From positions 3,230 through 13,159 of the forward strand of contig CAZQQS010000017.1 in assembly GCA_964595665.1 (NCBI GenBank): DNA of 9,930 nucleotides. Direction: 5' to 3'. Below, one piece after another: positions 7,401-9,930 of the stretch (positions are counted from its first letter, which is position 1; every line of letters starts with the position of its first letter). The DNA comes from an uncultured archaeon (GTDB taxonomy: Archaea > Iainarchaeota > Iainarchaeia > Iainarchaeales > 0-14-0-20-30-16). Both the position numbers and the translations under genes were made by a program. The notes below the pieces were generated by a model, which was not told the origin of the DNA, ran no database searches, and saw nothing but the letters and a program-made list of their open reading frames with translations.

Positions 7401-7473
7401 AGCCCCATGGTGTAGTGGTCTATCATCCGAGGCTTTGGACCTCGGGACCTGGGTCCGAATCCCAGTGGGGCTA
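7401..7473 (+). tRNA. tRNA-Gln (anticodon UUG), 73 nt, no encoded CCA.
   Basis: I folded the cloverleaf by hand. The acceptor stem is AGCCCCA (7401-7407) paired with TGGGGCT (7466-7472), with discriminator A7473. U8 is present. The D arm is GTGT/TCAT with loop AGTGGTCTA containing GG. The anticodon stem is CGAGG (7428-7432) paired with CCTCG (7440-7444). The anticodon loop is C-T-TTG-G-A, giving anticodon TTG at 7435..7437, U33 and G37. The T stem is CTGGG (7449-7453) paired with CCCAG (7461-7465), with loop TCCGAAT. The tRNA is a GC-rich island in AT-rich DNA. The A1:U72 pair and the GGUGUAGUGG D region resemble archaeal and eukaryal tRNA-Gln. Confidence 0.9.
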
Positions 7474-7484
7474 TTTTTTATTTT
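7474..7484 (+). terminator. Oligo-T tract (TTTTTTATTTT) immediately 3' of the tRNA. This may be an archaeal-type termination or processing signal.
   Basis: T6-A-T4 starts one base after the discriminator, and no hairpin is present. Because the RSH ATG follows only 9 nt later, termination here must be leaky or the tract may have another role. Confidence 0.3.
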
Positions 7485-7493
7485 CGTGAGAAT

Positions 7494-9215
7494 ATGAATT
7501 TAGAAGAATTGAAAATTCAATTAAATTATATTAATTCTGAATTAATCAATACTGCTTTAGAAATTTATGAACGAAACTTAAGATTAGGTTTTCCAGAATC
7601 TATTTGTATTTTAAGCCTATTTTTACCATATATTGAAAATAATGACAATAATAAAGAATTAAATTCATTAATAACTAAAAATATAACTAATGCTAATGAC
7701 AAAATCAAAGATTTAAAAATAATTTCTGAAATAGAAAACTTATTAGATCCAATAATAAAAGAAAAATTCTTAAAAAATGATTCAAAAATATTTGATATAA
7801 TTTTAAATAAAATAACTGATGTTGATTTAGCGTTAGCTTTAATGTCTGAAAAAATAACTTTAATTAATAAAAAAATATTTTTTCCAGATAAAAAAACTTT
7901 TATGACTTATATTGAAAAAGTATATGTTCCATTATCGCATGTTTTTGGAATTTATAGTTATACTACTTTATTTGATGATTTTATAATTACAAATAAATAT
8001 CCTAAAGAATACAAAGCTGTTTTAGAATTAACAAAAGAAAATTTAACGCGAAGTAAAGATGAAATAGAATATGTTATTTCAAAATTAAACAAATTTAGAA
8101 AATCTCAAAATGAAATTATTAAAGGAAGATTAAAAAGTCCAACAAGCGTTTTTAAAAAAATTTATGATAAAAAACAAAAACCTAATGAAATTATGGACTA
8201 TGTGGCTATAAGAATTATAACTAATACAATATCAGACTGTTATTCTTGGTTAGGACATATTTATTCTTTATGGGAACCAGAATTAGCTAGATTTAAAGAT
8301 TATATAGAACACCCAAAGCCTAATGGATACAAATCTTTACACATAGTTATTATTACAAAATTTGGCCCTATTGAAATACAAATCAGAACTTTTTCTATGG
8401 ATAGATTTGCAGAATTGGGTTTTGCTGCACATTGGCAATATAAAACAAAAAGTGAAAATAAGACATTATTAAAAATAAAAACATCAATAAATACTCAAGC
8501 ACCATATTTTGGAAATGGAAATATTTATGTGTATACTCCAAAAAAAGACATAATTTTATTAGAAAAGGGATCTTCAATTATAGATTTTGCATATGCTATT
8601 CACACATCTATAGGGAGTAAAATATCTTATGCCAAAGTAAATGGAGTTATTGTACCTATCGATACAAAAGTAAAAGATAAGGATTTAATTGAGATATTTA
8701 CAGATGAAAATAAAAAACCAAGTAAAAAATGGTTGGAATTTGTTATAACAAATAAAGCAAGAGATAAAATTTGCCAAATATTAAATATAAAACACATAGA
8801 TAAAAAAATAAAAGATATAAATCCAAAATTAAAAGTTTTAGAAAAAATATCTGTTGGAAAATGTTGTAATCCTTTTGCCAATGAAGAAATAGGAATTTAT
8901 AAAACAACAAAAAGAAAATTAATTTTGCACAATATAGCTTGTTTAGAAAAAAATAATTTAAATTATTCTTATGCTGGAGATTTATTAAAAATGCAATTCT
9001 TAACTTCTAAAACAATAAAAATAATATTTAATCAAAATCCAAAAAATATTTTAGAAATGTTAAAATTAAAAATAAAACTTCCTTCCGAATATTTTATAGA
9101 TTTTGAAAAAAAAGAAGCAATTCTTAATTATGATTTTAATACTTCTGAAGATTTTGAAAATCTTAAGAAAGAATTGCTAAATAATGAACATGTTGAAAAT
9201 GTTGAATTGATTTAG
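7494..9215 (+). CDS. relA: Long RelA/SpoT homologue (RSH). It is a likely (p)ppGpp synthetase with a degenerate, inactive hydrolase-like N-terminus followed by TGS, Cys-motif (ZFD/CC) and ACT/RRM-like regions.
   Basis: The ORF is 573 aa and ends in TAG at 9213..9215. The synthetase signature spans aa 205-317: GRLKSPTSVFKKIYDKK, DYVAIRII, RFKDYIEHPKPNGYKSLH, EIQIRT and AAHWQYK. The TGS region is aa 343-404: IYVYTPKKDIILLEKGSSIIDFAYAIHTSIGSKISYAKVNGVIVP. The Cys motif is aa 455-485: KCCNPFANEEIGIYKTTKRKLILHNIAC. The tail at aa ~505-573 is ACT-like. The N-terminal ~185 aa occupy the HD-domain position, and YVPLSHVFGIY matches the conserved YAPLAHRLG helix. No His occurs before residue 149, so the H...HD metal ligands are absent. 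Confidence 0.88.
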   Translation: MNLEELKIQLNYINSELINTALEIYERNLRLGFPESICILSLFLPYIENNDNNKELNSLITKNITNANDKIKDLKIISEIENLLDPIIKEKFLKNDSKIFDIILNKITDVDLALALMSEKITLINKKIFFPDKKTFMTYIEKVYVPLSHVFGIYSYTTLFDDFIITNKYPKEYKAVLELTKENLTRSKDEIEYVISKLNKFRKSQNEIIKGRLKSPTSVFKKIYDKKQKPNEIMDYVAIRIITNTISDCYSWLGHIYSLWEPELARFKDYIEHPKPNGYKSLHIVIITKFGPIEIQIRTFSMDRFAELGFAAHWQYKTKSENKTLLKIKTSINTQAPYFGNGNIYVYTPKKDIILLEKGSSIIDFAYAIHTSIGSKISYAKVNGVIVPIDTKVKDKDLIEIFTDENKKPSKKWLEFVITNKARDKICQILNIKHIDKKIKDINPKLKVLEKISVGKCCNPFANEEIGIYKTTKRKLILHNIACLEKNNLNYSYAGDLLKMQFLTSKTIKIIFNQNPKNILEMLKLKIKLPSEYFIDFEKKEAILNYDFNTSEDFENLKKELLNNEHVENVELI

Positions 9216-9376
9216 CCCCTAATTATTATTTCTTCTCTTTCTGGTCCTACAGAAAAAAGTCTTACATTTCATTTTTAACGGATCTTTATTTTTAAAAGAT
9301 AAAAATGGTATTTTAAAATATCTTAATAATATTTTTACCTTTTGATTTTATGAATTCTCAAATTACCCTAAAATCA
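9216..9376. terminator. Convergent intergenic region with oligo-T tracts on both strands. This is the likely termination zone for RSH and proS.
   Basis: The region is 161 nt and very AT-rich. The plus strand has T5 runs at 9272..9276 and 9289..9293. The minus strand has a T6 run (complement of 9253..9258) and a T5 run. The only hairpin is weak: ATCTTT (9282-9287) with AAAGAT (9295-9300). There is no GC-rich stem and no C/D-box or other ncRNA motif. Confidence 0.3.
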
Positions 9377-9930
9377 CTAATAACTTTTTGCAAAGTAAGT
9401 TAACTTTGCTTTCTTATTACACCAGAAACATTTTTTATCATTTTTTTCTGCAAATGGAATAACTCTTGAACCTAAAGAAGTTGCATCTTTAATTTCTTCT
9501 TCACATTCTTTATTACCACAAAATGGAGCTAAAATATATCTATTATTTCTTGCATTTAAAATAAATTCTTCTTTTTTATTTACTTTTGTTATTAAGTTAT
9601 CTTGCACTTCTTTTGCTTTATTAAATAATGCTTTTGGCATTTCTTTTAATTGTTTTTTTATTTCATTTTGCAAATCAGTTAATGCAACAAAATTCTTTTG
9701 TAACAAATCTCTTCTTACTAAAACAACTTGTTTATTTTCTACATCTCTCGGACCAATTTCAATTCTTAATGGAATTCCTTTAAGCTCCCATTCTGCGAAT
9801 TTAGCACCAGGAGTATAATTTTCTCTATCATCTAAAAAAGCACCAAATTTTTTCAAAGACTTTTCTAATTTTTTAGCTTCTTGCAAAACTAATTCTTCTT
9901 TTCCTTTAATTAAAATTGGAACTATAACAA
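9377..9930 (-). CDS. proS: Prolyl-tRNA synthetase, archaeal/eukaryote-like type. This is the 5'-partial gene: the anticodon-binding domain and the C-terminal zinc-binding domain are visible.
   Basis: The frame is open to the right window edge. The track's M is actually a TTG at 9886, and upstream codons read VIVPILIKGKEELV. The sequence LDDRENYTPGAKFAEWELKGIPLRIEIGPRDVENKQVVLVRRD is the class IIa anticodon-binding-domain signature. The C-terminus has CGNKEC...CFWC, four Cys in a zinc-site pattern. It ends in ...FAKSY, the terminal Tyr typical of this ProRS type. The stop is TAG at 9377..9379. Confidence 0.9.
   Translation of the reverse strand, partial: VIVPILIKGKEELVLQEAKKLEKSLKKFGAFLDDRENYTPGAKFAEWELKGIPLRIEIGPRDVENKQVVLVRRDLLQKNFVALTDLQNEIKKQLKEMPKALFNKAKEVQDNLITKVNKKEEFILNARNNRYILAPFCGNKECEEEIKDATSLGSRVIPFAEKNDKKCFWCNKKAKLTYFAKSY

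Noticed and set aside
8395-8881. Two minus-strand ORFs (8395..8577 and 8627..8881) inside the RSH gene.
   Set aside because: They are antisense to the best-conserved part of RSH (synthetase and TGS). Their peptides are hydrophobic and low-complexity, so I treat them as shadow ORFs.
7494-9215. RSH as a toxic small alarmone synthetase or defence module.
   Set aside because: It has the full long-RSH layout (pseudo-HD, synthetase, TGS, Cys motif, ACT-like). It has no adjacent antitoxin-sized ORF, which fits a housekeeping-type architecture.
7400-9219. The 7-mer TAGCCCC occurs at the tRNA 5' end (7400..7406) and again at the RSH stop (9213..9219), which could suggest att-like direct repeats bracketing tRNA plus RSH.
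   Set aside because: Only 7 nt match, and the flanks diverge. Integrative elements normally duplicate the 3' part of a tRNA and carry an integrase, and none is present. A chance match is plausible.
9282-9300. Inverted repeat ATCTTT / AAAGAT as a rho-independent terminator hairpin.
   Set aside because: It is a 6-bp, mostly A:T stem with a 7-nt loop, which is too weak. The T-runs alone explain termination better.

Overview
The window is strongly AT-rich, with one GC-rich island at the tRNA. It holds five genes with short intergenic gaps. (1) Positions 1..5830, minus strand: a giant ORF that the supplied track does not list. I checked the frame codon by codon. It is open for 1943 codons, from ATG 5830 to the left window edge, so its stop lies outside the window. 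It encodes an N-terminally membrane-anchored protein. It has tandem carboxypeptidase-regulatory-like/PEGA-type beta-sandwich repeats, CARDB/S-layer-like modules, and long stretches I cannot assign to any family. (2) Positions 5877..7310, minus strand: a two-HKD cardiolipin synthase, 46 nt upstream of the giant gene and co-oriented with it. (3) Positions 7401..7473, plus strand: tRNA-Gln(UUG) with archaeal-type A1:U72, G37 and no encoded CCA. (4) Positions 7494..9215, plus strand: a compact long RelA/SpoT homologue. It has intact synthetase, TGS, Cys-motif and ACT-like regions, but its N-terminal pseudo-hydrolase region has no histidine. (5) Positions 9377..9930, minus strand, 5'-partial: the C-terminal part of an archaeal/eukaryote-type prolyl-tRNA synthetase. 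The tRNA identity features, the oligo-T tracts after genes and the TATA-like boxes suggest a small-genome, possibly DPANN-like archaeon. That assignment is tentative, because Cls and RSH are bacterial-type families. The main novelty candidate is the cls-linked giant surface protein. The second is a hydrolase-dead long RSH placed 20 nt after a tRNA gene. No CRISPR array, transposase or nucleotide-level tandem repeat was seen.
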